Translations under genes and position numbers: made by a program
In this document: piece after piece, positions 47,662 through 58,458 of the stretch
How the letters are laid out: each line of letters opens with the position of its first letter
Position numbering within the stretch: position 1 is the first letter of the stretch
Assembly: GCA_016840095.1 (NCBI GenBank)
Contig: JAEOSZ010000006.1
Location: 1-64,000, forward strand
Reading direction: 5' to 3'
DNA from: Candidatus Heimdallarchaeota archaeon
Lineage (GTDB): Archaea > Asgardarchaeota > Heimdallarchaeia > Heimdallarchaeales > Heimdallarchaeaceae
DNA: 64,000 nt
The notes under the pieces: generated by a model
Told to the model about the DNA's origin: nothing
Seen by the model: only the letters and a program-made list of their open reading frames with translations
The model's database searches: none

Positions 47662-48732
47662 TTAGTTGATTATTCCTGTAACACTTGCCGTATTAACAGC
47701 TGCTTCATGGGTTAATCCTTCCTTTCCAAGAATGGTGAATCTTTGAGGACGTATTGTGTGGGCAATTTGGAGTGCTTTAATTACTTCTTCATCTTTTAAT
47801 CCTAGTTCTTTTGCCTTAACAGGTATGCCCAGATTATGTACAACATCACGAATATATTCCCAATCTAAGTCATGAAGATAAGCCATCATAATTGTTCCTA
47901 AAGCGCATTGTTCTCCGTGTAAAGCTGGTTTTTCTGCAAATGAGTCTAATGCATGACTAAACATATGTTCAGACCCACTACCTGGTCTTGATGAACCTGC
48001 TACACACATTGCCAACGAACTACTAATTAGAGCTTTTACAACTATTCTACTATATCCTTCTGCCTGACTTTTAATAAGATCTGCATTTTTAGTAATTAAC
48101 TGAACAGTCATGTCTGAAAGAGCAATAGAGTATTCACTAATCATTTCATTTTTTAGTCTGTGAGATAGCATCCAATCTTTGATTGCTGTTTTTTTTGCTA
48201 TAATATCTCCACAACCAGCTGCGGTAAATCTATATGGTGACTTATCCAGGATTGTTGTATCAGCTAGAACAGCAATTGGAGGTAATGCTTGGATTGAATG
48301 TCTCTTATCTGAGCCAATAATTGAGGCTCTTGAACTCGCGACTCCGTCATGACTGGCAATTGTAGGTATTGAAATGAATCTTTGATTAGATTTGAAAGCT
48401 ACAGACTTAGCAATATCAATAGGTCTTCCTCCTCCAAGTCCAATTACATAATCAGGTTTTATTTCCCTATGAACTTCTAATTGTTTGTCTACTTCATCCA
48501 TTGAACTGTCTTGAATAGTGGTTGTATACACACTGTGTTTACTGCTATTTGTTAAAATATCTTCAACTTCCTTTCCAACTTTATTTTTTAAGAACTCATC
48601 AGTAATAAGTAGAGCTTTGCTTCCTAGTAACAATCGGTCTATGATATCAGGTAAGCTATTTAACATATCAGCTCCTAAACACAACAGTGTAGGTAATTCT
48701 ATGAATTTAAATTCATTAATTATATTTGCCAT
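47662..48732 (-). CDS. egsA: sn-glycerol-1-phosphate dehydrogenase
   Basis: GGGRPID.AK, PT.ASHDG..S, SSRP.SG.EH..SH.LD, HGEQ. Confidence 0.95.
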   Translation of the reverse strand: MANIINEFKFIELPTLLCLGADMLNSLPDIIDRLLLGSKALLITDEFLKNKVGKEVEDILTNSSKHSVYTTTIQDSSMDEVDKQLEVHREIKPDYVIGLGGGRPIDIAKSVAFKSNQRFISIPTIASHDGVASSRASIIGSDKRHSIQALPPIAVLADTTILDKSPYRFTAAGCGDIIAKKTAIKDWMLSHRLKNEMISEYSIALSDMTVQLITKNADLIKSQAEGYSRIVVKALISSSLAMCVAGSSRPGSGSEHMFSHALDSFAEKPALHGEQCALGTIMMAYLHDLDWEYIRDVVHNLGIPVKAKELGLKDEEVIKALQIAHTIRPQRFTILGKEGLTHEAAVNTASVTGIIN

Positions 48733-48795
48733 TCTAAAAAATAATCTAATAGGTTACTTTTATATTTTAACTTGAAAATGTAATCAAAATTATAG

Positions 48796-49770
48796 TTGAT
48801 GGAATTGTCTCTTCAAGAAGAAAATGATGTCTTTGAATTAGGTAAGAAACTAGGTTATCTACCATATATGATAAAGAGATATACGAAAATACTTGGAGAA
48901 AAGGGAACTGAAGAGATGATTAAATTCAATGAAACTAAACTTCCTCAAACAATTCGATTGAATTCTATAAGAAATCCTTACGAAAATACTGAAAATATCT
49001 TACTCAACAAAGGAATTAAGTTAGTAAAAGATTCTGAATTGCCAGAATCAAGGACTATTATCAAATCACCACATCCTATTGGAGCAACACCTGAATATCT
49101 TAATGGTTACTATATGCTACAAGGAAAAAATTCTATTTTTCCATCCCGGATTTTGAATCCTCAAGAAGACGAACTGGTTGGAGACTTTGCTGCTGCTCCT
49201 GGAGCTAAAACTACACACCTTGCACAATTAATGAATAACAAAGGAGCAATAATAGCCATTGATATCAGTGCCAATCGTTGCAGAAGTCTGAAATCTAACC
49301 TATCGAGAATGGGTGTCAACAACACTATAGTTCTCCAAATAGATGCACGTAAAGCTAAGGATTTACATTTTCAGTTTGATAAAATTCTTCTTGATGCACC
49401 TTGTTCAGGTTCAGGAGTTATAATTTCTGATCAAACTAGAAAGAATAGTAAAACAATGGAGGATATACTAAAGTATCATGATTATCAAGTTTCTTTACTT
49501 TCTGCAGCACTGAATGTTCTAAAACCTGATGGGGAACTTGTATATTGCACGTGTTCTTTAGAACCTGAAGAGAACGAGCTTGTAATCTCTGAGATATTGA
49601 AGAAAACAGATACAGAATTAACACAAATTGAGTTGCGTGCAAAGCCTGGATTAACACAATTCCTTGATATGGATTTGAACAAAGAATTAACCAAAACAAG
49701 AAGATTGTATCCTCATGAAACGAATGGAGAAGGATTCTTTATTGCAAAGTTGGTGAAAAATGATGAGTAA
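48796..49770 (+). CDS. Nop2/RsmB family rRNA m5C methyltransferase
   Basis: D..AAPG.KT, ILLDAPCSG.G, Y.TCS...ENE, GFFIA. Confidence 0.94.
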   Translation: MMELSLQEENDVFELGKKLGYLPYMIKRYTKILGEKGTEEMIKFNETKLPQTIRLNSIRNPYENTENILLNKGIKLVKDSELPESRTIIKSPHPIGATPEYLNGYYMLQGKNSIFPSRILNPQEDELVGDFAAAPGAKTTHLAQLMNNKGAIIAIDISANRCRSLKSNLSRMGVNNTIVLQIDARKAKDLHFQFDKILLDAPCSGSGVIISDQTRKNSKTMEDILKYHDYQVSLLSAALNVLKPDGELVYCTCSLEPEENELVISEILKKTDTELTQIELRAKPGLTQFLDMDLNKELTKTRRLYPHETNGEGFFIAKLVKNDE

Positions 49771-50308
49771 ACCTGTATTTCGAATCAGAACCAAAGAAGA
49801 AGACAATCTCATCAGAAGAACTGTTGAGATTTACTTTGGTACAAGAAGTCTTTCTGCTTTTGAAAGGCATATTTTCTGGATAAAAGAAGGAAAAATAAAA
49901 GAGGTTTTTGCTGTCCCCCAAAAGAGTTCAGATTTGATCTCAAAAACCACTAACATTGAAGTTTATTCTGCTGGAATTCCTATTGGCAGCATTTGGTCAG
50001 ATACATTCCAACTTGAAATAGAAGGTGCAAAAATGGTTTCAGATTTTACTTCCAAAAAGGTCATAGTTAAAACTGACCAATTTTTGTATGGAAAACCTAT
50101 TTTTAAAGAAAATCTAATACATTTTGAAGAATCCTTTGATAAAAACAACTTAATAATAATTATGAGTAAAACTAATATTTTCTATGGAATTGGTAAAGCT
50201 AAAGTTAATTCAGCTGACATCAATTCTCTAAACCAGAATGCTGTCATTATAGAAGGTTCAAAGACAAAACCGTTTGATGTAGGATGGTATCTGAGAGGAG
50301 GAAACTGA
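49760..50308 (+). CDS. Nip7-like PUA-domain ribosome biogenesis protein
   Basis: YSAG..IG, FLYGK, D.G.YLR C-terminus; overlaps the Nop2 gene. Confidence 0.78.
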   Translation: MMSKPVFRIRTKEEDNLIRRTVEIYFGTRSLSAFERHIFWIKEGKIKEVFAVPQKSSDLISKTTNIEVYSAGIPIGSIWSDTFQLEIEGAKMVSDFTSKKVIVKTDQFLYGKPIFKENLIHFEESFDKNNLIIIMSKTNIFYGIGKAKVNSADINSLNQNAVIIEGSKTKPFDVGWYLRGGN

Positions 50309-50366
50309 ATAATATTTTTAATTAGTTACTTCAATTGCTGAAATTCAAATTTTCTCAAGCAAAATC

Positions 50367-50382
50367 AAAAAGTATTTAAATA
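50367..50382 (+). promoter_or_regulatory. putative BRE/TATA promoter of aCPSF1
   Basis: AAAAAG-TA-TTTAAATA in the intergenic gap. Confidence 0.4.
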
Positions 50383-50452
50383 TAATTTAGAGAGTTAATT
50401 TAGTTTTAAACCTTATTTAAGCAAATACGAGAGCTTTTGTTCATCGAAATAT

Positions 50453-52396
50453 TTGTTTTTAAGAAATCTATTAGGGTTGAACAGTTTGAGTTACAGAGAA
50501 GTATTAGAGAAAATATCTGAAGATATACATGCTGAGCTACCTGCTAATTCTGATATTACTACGATAGAATTTGAAGGACCAGAAGTTGCTGTTTATTCCA
50601 AGAATCCTCGTGTATTAGTAGACGATGAAACTATTGTAAAAGAACTAGCAAAAAAGCTTAGAAAAAGAATCGTTATTCGTTCAGATCCAAGTGTAAGATC
50701 GGATAAAGATGAAACAATTTTTACAATTAATGAATTAGTTGGAAAAGAGGGAGAAATTACAAATATTGATTTTGATGAACTTGTGGGTGAAGTGATTATA
50801 GAAGCTCTTAAACCAGGAGTGATTATTGGCAAATCAGGTGAGATGCTAAGAAACATAATAGCTAAGACTTTGTGGAGACCAAGAGTAATGAGGACTCCTC
50901 CTATTGAATCAAGAGTGATTAAGACAATAAGACACCTACATCAAGAAAATTCAAAGAAACGCCAAGAGGTTCTTAGAACTGTTGGGAAGAGGATACATAG
51001 ACCTGTAATCTATAGAGATGATACTATCAGAGTAACAGCTTTGGGAGGTTTTGCAGAAGTTGGAAGAAGTTCAGCTTTAATCCAAACAGGTGAAAGTAGA
51101 GCTCTTGTTGATTGCGGAATCAATGTAGGAAGCAACTCGCCAAATAACACTTTTCCAAGATTCGATTTGCCAGAATTTGACATTGAACAGCTTGATGCAG
51201 TTGTGATATCACATGCTCATCTTGATCATTCAGGTTTTGTTCCTTATTTATTCAAATATGGATACAAGGGTGCAGTTTATGCAACACGACCAACAAGAGA
51301 TTTGATGACAATGTTGCAAATAGACTATTTAGATGTAGCTCAAAAAGAGGGAAAAACACTACCTTATGAGAAAAAAGATATTAGTGAAGCAGTTTTACAC
51401 ACAATTGTTTTAGATTATGGAGAAGTTACAGATATTACTCCAGATATAAGATTAACTTTCCACAATGCTGGTCACATTGTCGGAAGTGCAATTCCCCATC
51501 TTCATATTGGGGAGGGGATTTACAATGTGGCTTTTGCTCAAGATATTAAATTTGCTAAGTCCAATTTATTAGACCCCGCAAATGCTAGATTTCCAAGATT
51601 AGAAACACTATTTATTGAATCAACTTATGGTAAACCTCAGGATATACTTCCTTCGAGAGTTGAATGTGAAAAGATGTTAAAGAACATAATCCGCGATACA
51701 ATTCAAAAGGGTGGTAAAATACTAATTCCAGTACTTGCTGTAGGCAGAGCTCAAGAAATTCTAGTTGTTTTAGAGAATCTTATGAGATCGGGAGAACTCC
51801 CACAAATTCCTGTTTATACTGATGGTATGATCCGAGAGGCTTCAGCTATCACAACTGCCCACCCTGAGTTTTTATCCAAAGCTTTGAGAGAACGAATATT
51901 CCATGAGGGAGAGAATCCTTTCCTTGCAGAGCAGATGAAACATGTTTCGGGTAGTGAAGAAAGAGATTTGATAATTGAAGGAGATCCTGCAATAATTTTA
52001 GCAACAAGTGGTATGATGAATGGTGGTCCTAGTGTTCAATACTTCAAGGCTCTTTGCACCGATCCTAATAATTCACTAATTTTCGTGAGTTACCAAGGAA
52101 AGGGAACTCTGGGAAGTAAAATACAAAAGGGAATTACAGAGATTCAAATGGTTGAAAATGGAAGAACTGTCATGCATCATATAGAAATGGCAGTTCATAG
52201 TATCTCTGGTTTTACTGGTCATAGTGACAGAAGAGAATTAGAGAATTATATCCACAAAGTTACTCCAAAACCTGAAAGAGTTGTTGTTATTCACGGGGAA
52301 GAATCGAAAGTAACAAAATTTGCATCTTGGGTTTACAAGAACACAAAAAGAGAGAGTCTTGCACCTCCCAATGGAACAACTATCAGATTAAAATAA
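50453..52396 (+). CDS. fttA: beta-CASP ribonuclease aCPSF1 (transcription termination factor FttA)
   Basis: Tandem KH domains (EFEGP, KPG.IIG), LGG..EVGRS, SHAHLDH, AGH, ESTYG, SGF.GH.D, HGE. Confidence 0.96.
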   Translation: MFLRNLLGLNSLSYREVLEKISEDIHAELPANSDITTIEFEGPEVAVYSKNPRVLVDDETIVKELAKKLRKRIVIRSDPSVRSDKDETIFTINELVGKEGEITNIDFDELVGEVIIEALKPGVIIGKSGEMLRNIIAKTLWRPRVMRTPPIESRVIKTIRHLHQENSKKRQEVLRTVGKRIHRPVIYRDDTIRVTALGGFAEVGRSSALIQTGESRALVDCGINVGSNSPNNTFPRFDLPEFDIEQLDAVVISHAHLDHSGFVPYLFKYGYKGAVYATRPTRDLMTMLQIDYLDVAQKEGKTLPYEKKDISEAVLHTIVLDYGEVTDITPDIRLTFHNAGHIVGSAIPHLHIGEGIYNVAFAQDIKFAKSNLLDPANARFPRLETLFIESTYGKPQDILPSRVECEKMLKNIIRDTIQKGGKILIPVLAVGRAQEILVVLENLMRSGELPQIPVYTDGMIREASAITTAHPEFLSKALRERIFHEGENPFLAEQMKHVSGSEERDLIIEGDPAIILATSGMMNGGPSVQYFKALCTDPNNSLIFVSYQGKGTLGSKIQKGITEIQMVENGRTVMHHIEMAVHSISGFTGHSDRRELENYIHKVTPKPERVVVIHGEESKVTKFASWVYKNTKRESLAPPNGTTIRLK

Positions 52397-52403
52397 TATT
52401 CAA

Positions 52404-52967
52404 TTAAAATTGAAATCCCCAAATAGAATCTCTTAGATGATGGAGATTCTTGATTACTTTTCCCTTTTTTGTTTTTGAGAATTCCTTTGCAGATACCAGT
52501 GATTTACCTACTCCAAGGATAGAATTAGCTTTTTCCTCATGAATTATAACTATGGATCCTTTCACTATAGATTCATCAAAGTAAACAATTCCAGGAGCCA
52601 TAACATCAGCACCATTAGTAATAAACTTGATTGCACCAATATCAACTACAATTTTTGGAAGAGAATAAGCATGATTACGTAAATAGTGTATAGTTGGTAT
52701 TTTTTTATTTTCAAATTCAAACACCCAAATTCTACTATTACTAACTATATATGTTCCTTCGTCTGTTCTGACTTCTTCAATAATTAAATCCCGTTGAACT
52801 GAATCTTCTACTTCCTCACCAAATAAATCAGCTAATTGAGAAAATAGCACTTTTTTATCTTTTTTAGAAAGATGATTTCTTGCTTTAATCTGCATATCAA
52901 TACATTCCAAAAAACTATTTTTGTAATCTGTCAAGAATAGAGGTGTATGATTCTTTGATTGCTTCAT
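52404..52967 (-). CDS. PUA-domain RNA-binding protein (MCT-1/Tma20, DUF1947)
   Basis: VVD.GA..FI.NGADVMAPGI, K.GK.....H...D..W; likely start 52895. Confidence 0.88.
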   Translation of the reverse strand: MKQSKNHTPLFLTDYKNSFLECIDMQIKARNHLSKKDKKVLFSQLADLFGEEVEDSVQRDLIIEEVRTDEGTYIVSNSRIWVFEFENKKIPTIHYLRNHAYSLPKIVVDIGAIKFITNGADVMAPGIVYFDESIVKGSIVIIHEEKANSILGVGKSLVSAKEFSKTKKGKVIKNLHHLRDSIWGFQF

Positions 52968-53358
52968 ATCTTTCTTTTGAAGACATTCCTAAAACATACA
53001 TTTGCTCCTCATTTTCAAGTCTTCTTGTATACTCTTCACTTAAAGCAGAAATAAATGTATCAATAGAATCTCGTACATTGGAAAGCAATTCAAGACCAGG
53101 TGAGGGTATAGTATAGATATATTTCAAAGTAGGATATGTATCAGCTTTTCTCTCTATCAAACCAATTTCAAGCATTTGTTTGAGATGTTTTTCAACAGCA
53201 GGTCTCGATATAGCTAACTCTTTGGTTAGTTCATCTGCTGTTAGTTTCATATTTCCCAAGAGAGTGAGAATTTTTCTCCTGGTACTATCACGAAAAATGG
53301 AATAGATGGTGTCTACAATTGGAATTTCTTCCTGAGAATCATCTATAATATCTGACAT
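52915..53358 (-). CDS. ArsR-family winged-helix regulator
   Basis: D.TRR.IL..L, ISRPAV.KHL..M...GLI. Confidence 0.88.
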   Translation of the reverse strand: MSDIIDDSQEEIPIVDTIYSIFRDSTRRKILTLLGNMKLTADELTKELAISRPAVEKHLKQMLEIGLIERKADTYPTLKYIYTIPSPGLELLSNVRDSIDTFISALSEEYTRRLENEEQMYVLGMSSKERYEAIKESYTSILDRLQK

Positions 53359-53503
53359 ATGTCTAACAGTTTTCTTTCTACTTAAATTGTTGTCGGTTTA
53401 AACTTCTCGGTTTAAGCTTGAAACTTAGGGCTTAAGTTCATTTCCCAAGTGATTAAAATAAACATTATATAAAGTGCTGATAATATTGTATTAAGGTGAA
53501 AGA

Positions 53504-54406
53504 ATGAGTCAAAATGACATAAGAATGTACAAAGAACTCTTAGATCTCCTCGAAAAAAGAATGGATGAAGGAGATATCGATAAAGCTAGTTATGCTGAGT
53601 TAAAGGAAAGGTATACTCAAAAATTAGAAACAACTAGACAAGAGTTTGAATTTAGAAAAGATGCACCTAACATAAAAGTATCGGGGTCAAAAACATTCAC
53701 TCAAGATGCTATTATAGTTTCAGGTGCTGCTACGATTTCAGGAGGAAAAATTGAGAGAGACATAAGAGTTTCTGGATCAGGTAAAATATCTGGAGATGTT
53801 GAATGCAATGCTTTACGTTGTTCAGGGGCAATGAAAGCATATGGAAATATACTAGCACATGGAGAAGTAAAATGCTCTGGATCATTTAGATGTGATAAAA
53901 ATCTGACAACTGATGAAAATGCTTCATTTAGTGGTTCAGCAAAAATCTATGGTGAAACTATAGTTAATGGTCACCTTACAGTGACTGGTTCATATAGAGG
54001 TACTAAGGACACTGTAGCTGTTAAAGGTGCCACTCTTACAGGTTCCACAATAATAGAGGGTAATCTTTTTTCAGAAAATTCTATTAAAATTGGTGGAAAA
54101 GCTCGAATTTTGAAAAATATAATCTGTGATAGTGTATTAATTGAAGGAAGAAGAACTGTATTTGAGTCTTTTTTCTTTAGAAGAGCAAAAAAACTAGTAA
54201 CTGTTGAAAAAAGTATTATCGCCCATAATGAAGTTGATATTCAAGATGTTAGGGTACTAAAGAATATCAAAGCTAGAACAGTAAGATTAGGTCCCAACAC
54301 AGTGGTAGAAGGAACAGTATACTATGTGGAAGATCTATTTATGGCTGATAGTGTAAGGTTAGAGAAAGAGCCAAAGAAAATATCTCAAGAGGAAATTAAA
54401 CTCTAG
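53504..54406 (+). CDS. bactofilin-like polymer-forming beta-helix protein with N-terminal SHOCT-like helices
   Basis: Repeated (V/I/C)SG(S/A).... beta-solenoid units; ends V.G.VYY. Confidence 0.75.
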   Translation: MSQNDIRMYKELLDLLEKRMDEGDIDKASYAELKERYTQKLETTRQEFEFRKDAPNIKVSGSKTFTQDAIIVSGAATISGGKIERDIRVSGSGKISGDVECNALRCSGAMKAYGNILAHGEVKCSGSFRCDKNLTTDENASFSGSAKIYGETIVNGHLTVTGSYRGTKDTVAVKGATLTGSTIIEGNLFSENSIKIGGKARILKNIICDSVLIEGRRTVFESFFFRRAKKLVTVEKSIIAHNEVDIQDVRVLKNIKARTVRLGPNTVVEGTVYYVEDLFMADSVRLEKEPKKISQEEIKL

Positions 54407-54449
54407 ATATTTTCTTCTTTTTATATTTCTCTAAGGTTTGGTATGCTTC

Positions 54450-55976
54450 CTATATCTGATACAATGAGGAGAATTTTTCTTTAAGATATTTTATATGGTA
54501 GTTTGGTGTGAGGTTTTCACCAGTTATGCTCTTAACCATATCTAAACAATCCAAGGTTCCACCTTTTTGGTGTATAGATGTTTCAAGCCATTCTCGGATT
54601 GGAGTAAATTTACCATTTTGTAATGAATCTTGCCAATTGGGCAAATCTCTAGATAGTTTAGCAGTCAATTGGGAGGATATTAAATCCCCAATTCCATAAC
54701 CAAAGAAATAACCATAATATTGGCTATACCAGTGTAAATCTTGCATCAATCCTAATGTATCGTTTGGAACATCTACACCTAAGTATTGCCTATATTTATC
54801 ATTCCAAACTTGAGGTAAATCTCTTGTATCTATTTTCCCAGCAAACCAATCTCGTTCTATTTCAAATCGGATTATTATATGTAAAATATAAGTTACTTCA
54901 TCAGCTTGTATTCTTATAAAACCAGGATTCACTGCATTTAGAGCAAAGTAAAAATCATCAAGAGAAATATCTTTGAATATACCATCCGTATCTTTTTGAA
55001 ATTGAGGATAATAATGATTCCAGAAATCTTTCGAGCTAGCGATTATATTCTCAAGAAATCTAGATTGTGATTCTCCAAAACTTGGAGATCCCATACGATA
55101 AATAGGCTGGTTAAACCATTCTTCTTTTCCTTGCAATGAATGAATTGCATGACCACATTCGTGTGCTCCGGCTAAAAAAGCAGATAAAACATGGTCCTCA
55201 TGATACTTTACCGTAACTCTAACATCTTTGAAACCCCCTCCAATAGTCAATGGATGTTCAACTTCAGCAATGTTGCCCACAGCATTTTCAGAATAGAAAT
55301 CATATTCTAAGAAGCGTGAAAGGTTTTCAACCATTTTTACTTGAGATGATCGTGGAACCTTCCTACTGATAAATGATCTATCTGGTTTTATATCTGACTC
55401 AGTGCATTTTTTGATGAAAGGTATAAGAAAGGATTTAACTTCATCAAACAGTTTAGTGAGTATTTCTACTCCAAATCCTTTGTCTCGACTATCAATAAGT
55501 GCATCAAAAGGATCATCCATATTTTTGGATTTAGCCAATAGTCTATTAGCCTCATCATTAAGAGAAAATAAATCTTCTAAATCAGGAAGAACCATTTGAA
55601 AGTCAGATTTTGCTTTAGCTTTTTTCCAAATTTCAAGAGTTTTGTTTGATTGGGCAGCAAGTTTTCCAACTAATTCAGAAGGAAGAGTTGTTCTATCATC
55701 ATAAGCTCTCCTTATCAATTCTACGTTTCGCTTTTGGAGATTATCAAGAGAAGTATCTCTTTCACATGAATCTAATAACTTACCTACTTCAGGTTTGGTG
55801 ATTAAACCATGTGTTTTTTGGCTTATATATTGAAATTGTTTTGCTCTTTGACCCACAGCAGCAGGTGGCATATGGGTATTCATATCCCAGTAAAGTACTC
55901 CACTAATTGAATTCAAAAGCTGAATTTCTTGATAAGTTTCCAATAATGCTTCGTATTCCCTACTCATTATTATCAT
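54450..55976 (-). CDS. M32 carboxypeptidase
   Basis: WD..T.MP, HP, D.RVT, HECGHA, ESQSR, IR..ADE..Y, QD.HW. Confidence 0.94.
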   Translation of the reverse strand: MIIMSREYEALLETYQEIQLLNSISGVLYWDMNTHMPPAAVGQRAKQFQYISQKTHGLITKPEVGKLLDSCERDTSLDNLQKRNVELIRRAYDDRTTLPSELVGKLAAQSNKTLEIWKKAKAKSDFQMVLPDLEDLFSLNDEANRLLAKSKNMDDPFDALIDSRDKGFGVEILTKLFDEVKSFLIPFIKKCTESDIKPDRSFISRKVPRSSQVKMVENLSRFLEYDFYSENAVGNIAEVEHPLTIGGGFKDVRVTVKYHEDHVLSAFLAGAHECGHAIHSLQGKEEWFNQPIYRMGSPSFGESQSRFLENIIASSKDFWNHYYPQFQKDTDGIFKDISLDDFYFALNAVNPGFIRIQADEVTYILHIIIRFEIERDWFAGKIDTRDLPQVWNDKYRQYLGVDVPNDTLGLMQDLHWYSQYYGYFFGYGIGDLISSQLTAKLSRDLPNWQDSLQNGKFTPIREWLETSIHQKGGTLDCLDMVKSITGENLTPNYHIKYLKEKFSSLYQI

Positions 55977-56042
55977 TAACAGAAAAACGAATAATGTTCA
56001 AAAATGTTATCCATTGGATAGAAAAAGAAAAAAGGAAACAGG

Positions 56043-57302
56043 TTATTTGTTTCCAAGATAATTTGCTTTATCCCCTAACTGTTCTTCAATACGTAACAAC
56101 TGATTATATTTAGCAGTTCGTTCTCCTCTTGCAGGAGCACCTGTTTTTATTCTTTCAGCACCCAGTGCAACTGCTAAATCAGCAATGAAAGCATCTTCAG
56201 TCTCTCCTGATCTGTGTGAAATATTAATACCCCAACCATTATCACGAGCAAGATTAGCTGCTTGGATAGATTCAGTTAGTGTTCCTATTTGGTTTACTTT
56301 CAACAAGAGATAATTAGCCGCTTTCTTGTCTATAGCCATCTGTATTCTTTTTGGGTTAGTTACTGTTAAATCATCAGCTACTACAGATATATCTGGTAAC
56401 TTAGCATGTAGCTCTGCAAAAGAATCAAAATCATTTTCATCAAATGGATCTTCCATTGAAATTATTGGGTATTTCTCGGCAAGATCAATATAATAATCGA
56501 CAAGTTCACTTCCAGTTAAATTCTTTCCATCAACTTCGTATAAAGAATTTTCAAAGAATTCAGATGCAGCTGAATCCAGACCGATGGAGATTTGTTTTCC
56601 AGGTCTATATCCAGCATCTTCAATTGCTTCTACAAGCATATCCAAAGCTTCAGGAGCTGTATCAACTGGACTACCAAAACCACCTTCGTCGCCCAAGTTA
56701 ATTGCAGACGGACCAAATTTCTTTAGATTGTTTCTAAGAACCTGATAGACTTCACAAGTTGCTCTCAATGCTTCATCATACTTTTTGAAACCATGAGGAA
56801 TTAGCATAAATTCTTGGATTTTTAGATTTCCACCTGCATGTTTTCCTCCATTAATCACATTCAGCATAGGAACAGGCAAACTTGTTGCTTCCTTATTCAA
56901 GTACTCATAAATTGGAAGGTTCAATCCATCCGCTGCAGCTTTACATACAGCTAATGAAACCCCAAGCATTGCGTTTGCTCCAAGTTTAGACTTGTTTTCT
57001 GTCCCATCAATTTCCAACATTAAATTATCTATTGCTTCCTGTTCAGTAACCTCCATCCCAATTACTTTGGGAGCAATTAGCTTGTTAATGTTATTTAGAG
57101 CTTTTAAGACACCCTTTCCAAGGAACCGTTTGTCTTTATCTCTTAATTCGAGTGCTTCATGTTCTCCGGTAGAAGCTCCAGAAGGCACTAAGGCACGACC
57201 AAAGCCTTCTGATGTGTAAACATCAACCTCAACAGTAGGATTTCCTCTTGAATCTATTATCTCACGAGGAATTATTTTTGTTATTTTAGGCATAGTAATC
57301 AA
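56043..57302 (-). CDS. eno: enolase
   Basis: [40 protein letters not shown]. Confidence 0.98.
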   Translation of the reverse strand: MITMPKITKIIPREIIDSRGNPTVEVDVYTSEGFGRALVPSGASTGEHEALELRDKDKRFLGKGVLKALNNINKLIAPKVIGMEVTEQEAIDNLMLEIDGTENKSKLGANAMLGVSLAVCKAAADGLNLPIYEYLNKEATSLPVPMLNVINGGKHAGGNLKIQEFMLIPHGFKKYDEALRATCEVYQVLRNNLKKFGPSAINLGDEGGFGSPVDTAPEALDMLVEAIEDAGYRPGKQISIGLDSAASEFFENSLYEVDGKNLTGSELVDYYIDLAEKYPIISMEDPFDENDFDSFAELHAKLPDISVVADDLTVTNPKRIQMAIDKKAANYLLLKVNQIGTLTESIQAANLARDNGWGINISHRSGETEDAFIADLAVALGAERIKTGAPARGERTAKYNQLLRIEEQLGDKANYLGNK

Positions 57303-57347
57303 TGAAGAAAATAAAGCAAGGTTATTAAGGATTTTTCCATGTATATC

Positions 57348-58346
57348 TCATTTCTTAAAATGCTCAAATCCTTCTTCTGAGAGAGTATAATTTGAGTACT
57401 CTTTATCCAAAATAATGATGTTGTTATGAGTAGAATTAAAACAACCAATTTTCTGAATAAACAAATTATTGTCTTCTGCGTGTTTTAACAGCTCTTCTTC
57501 CAATTCTGGAATAATTGAAAAGATAAGTTCAAACTCTTCTCCTCCATTAAAAACTAAATCTAATAGATTAATATCTTCATCATTTACATAAGATTCCACA
57601 TCAGGGTGAATAGGTACTTCTTTTACATCTATTCCCATTTTGTTTATTTCTGACAACTCCTTTAGAGTTATTAACAATCCATCTGAACTATCCATACATG
57701 TATTGATTGATATTTCTTTGAATAAGTCTAGATAATTCATTTTTGCTTTCGGTTCAAGAGTAGCGGACAATACTAAATCGATCAGTTCAACAGGTATTTG
57801 TTCATTATGCAATAGTTTCTTGTATCCTAGAGAAGTTAATCCAAAAAGACCTGATGAAAAAATCAAATCTCCATCTTTTGCACCTTGTCTTGGAATAAGT
57901 TTTTCTTTTTCACAGACTCCAAATGAAATCAAATCTATTATGATATCATCTGCTTCATTTAAATCTCCTCCAAGATATAATGTTCCATAATCACTGCATT
58001 GATTTCTTATTCCAAAAATTATATCTTTAGCTTTTGAAACTTCCAAATCTGAAGGAAATCCAATACTAGCAAGGCAACCTAAAGGTACTGTGTTCTTAGC
58101 AACTAAATCACTCACTGACATAGTAACAGCTTTTCTCCCTATTTGTTCTAAACTCATTCCTGGTAAAACATCTGTTTTATTAACTAACATATCAGCATTA
58201 ATTACCAAAATATCTCTAGAAGGCAGTGGAAAAGTTGATGCATCTTCATTGAAAGGCAGTACAGGAGTGTCGACTAATTCAGTTAGCTGAGATAGAAAAG
58301 TTTTCTCTCCAATATCTTCCATTGTTGAATCTGATTTTTTACTCAT
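57348..58346 (-). CDS. thiL: thiamine-phosphate kinase
   Basis: GE..F, EDA, D.LV, SD..A, GGD, D.SDGL, GGE.FEL. Confidence 0.92.
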   Translation of the reverse strand: MSKKSDSTMEDIGEKTFLSQLTELVDTPVLPFNEDASTFPLPSRDILVINADMLVNKTDVLPGMSLEQIGRKAVTMSVSDLVAKNTVPLGCLASIGFPSDLEVSKAKDIIFGIRNQCSDYGTLYLGGDLNEADDIIIDLISFGVCEKEKLIPRQGAKDGDLIFSSGLFGLTSLGYKKLLHNEQIPVELIDLVLSATLEPKAKMNYLDLFKEISINTCMDSSDGLLITLKELSEINKMGIDVKEVPIHPDVESYVNDEDINLLDLVFNGGEEFELIFSIIPELEEELLKHAEDNNLFIQKIGCFNSTHNNIIILDKEYSNYTLSEEGFEHFKK

Positions 58347-58458
58347 TTTCTTCCCTTAACATGATTATAAAAAAGCAATATCAAAAGAATTTCTGCTAAT
58401 ATCATGATTTCACTTTACAAAAAGAGAAAATAGAAGAAGGAAAATAGAATAACCCCTG

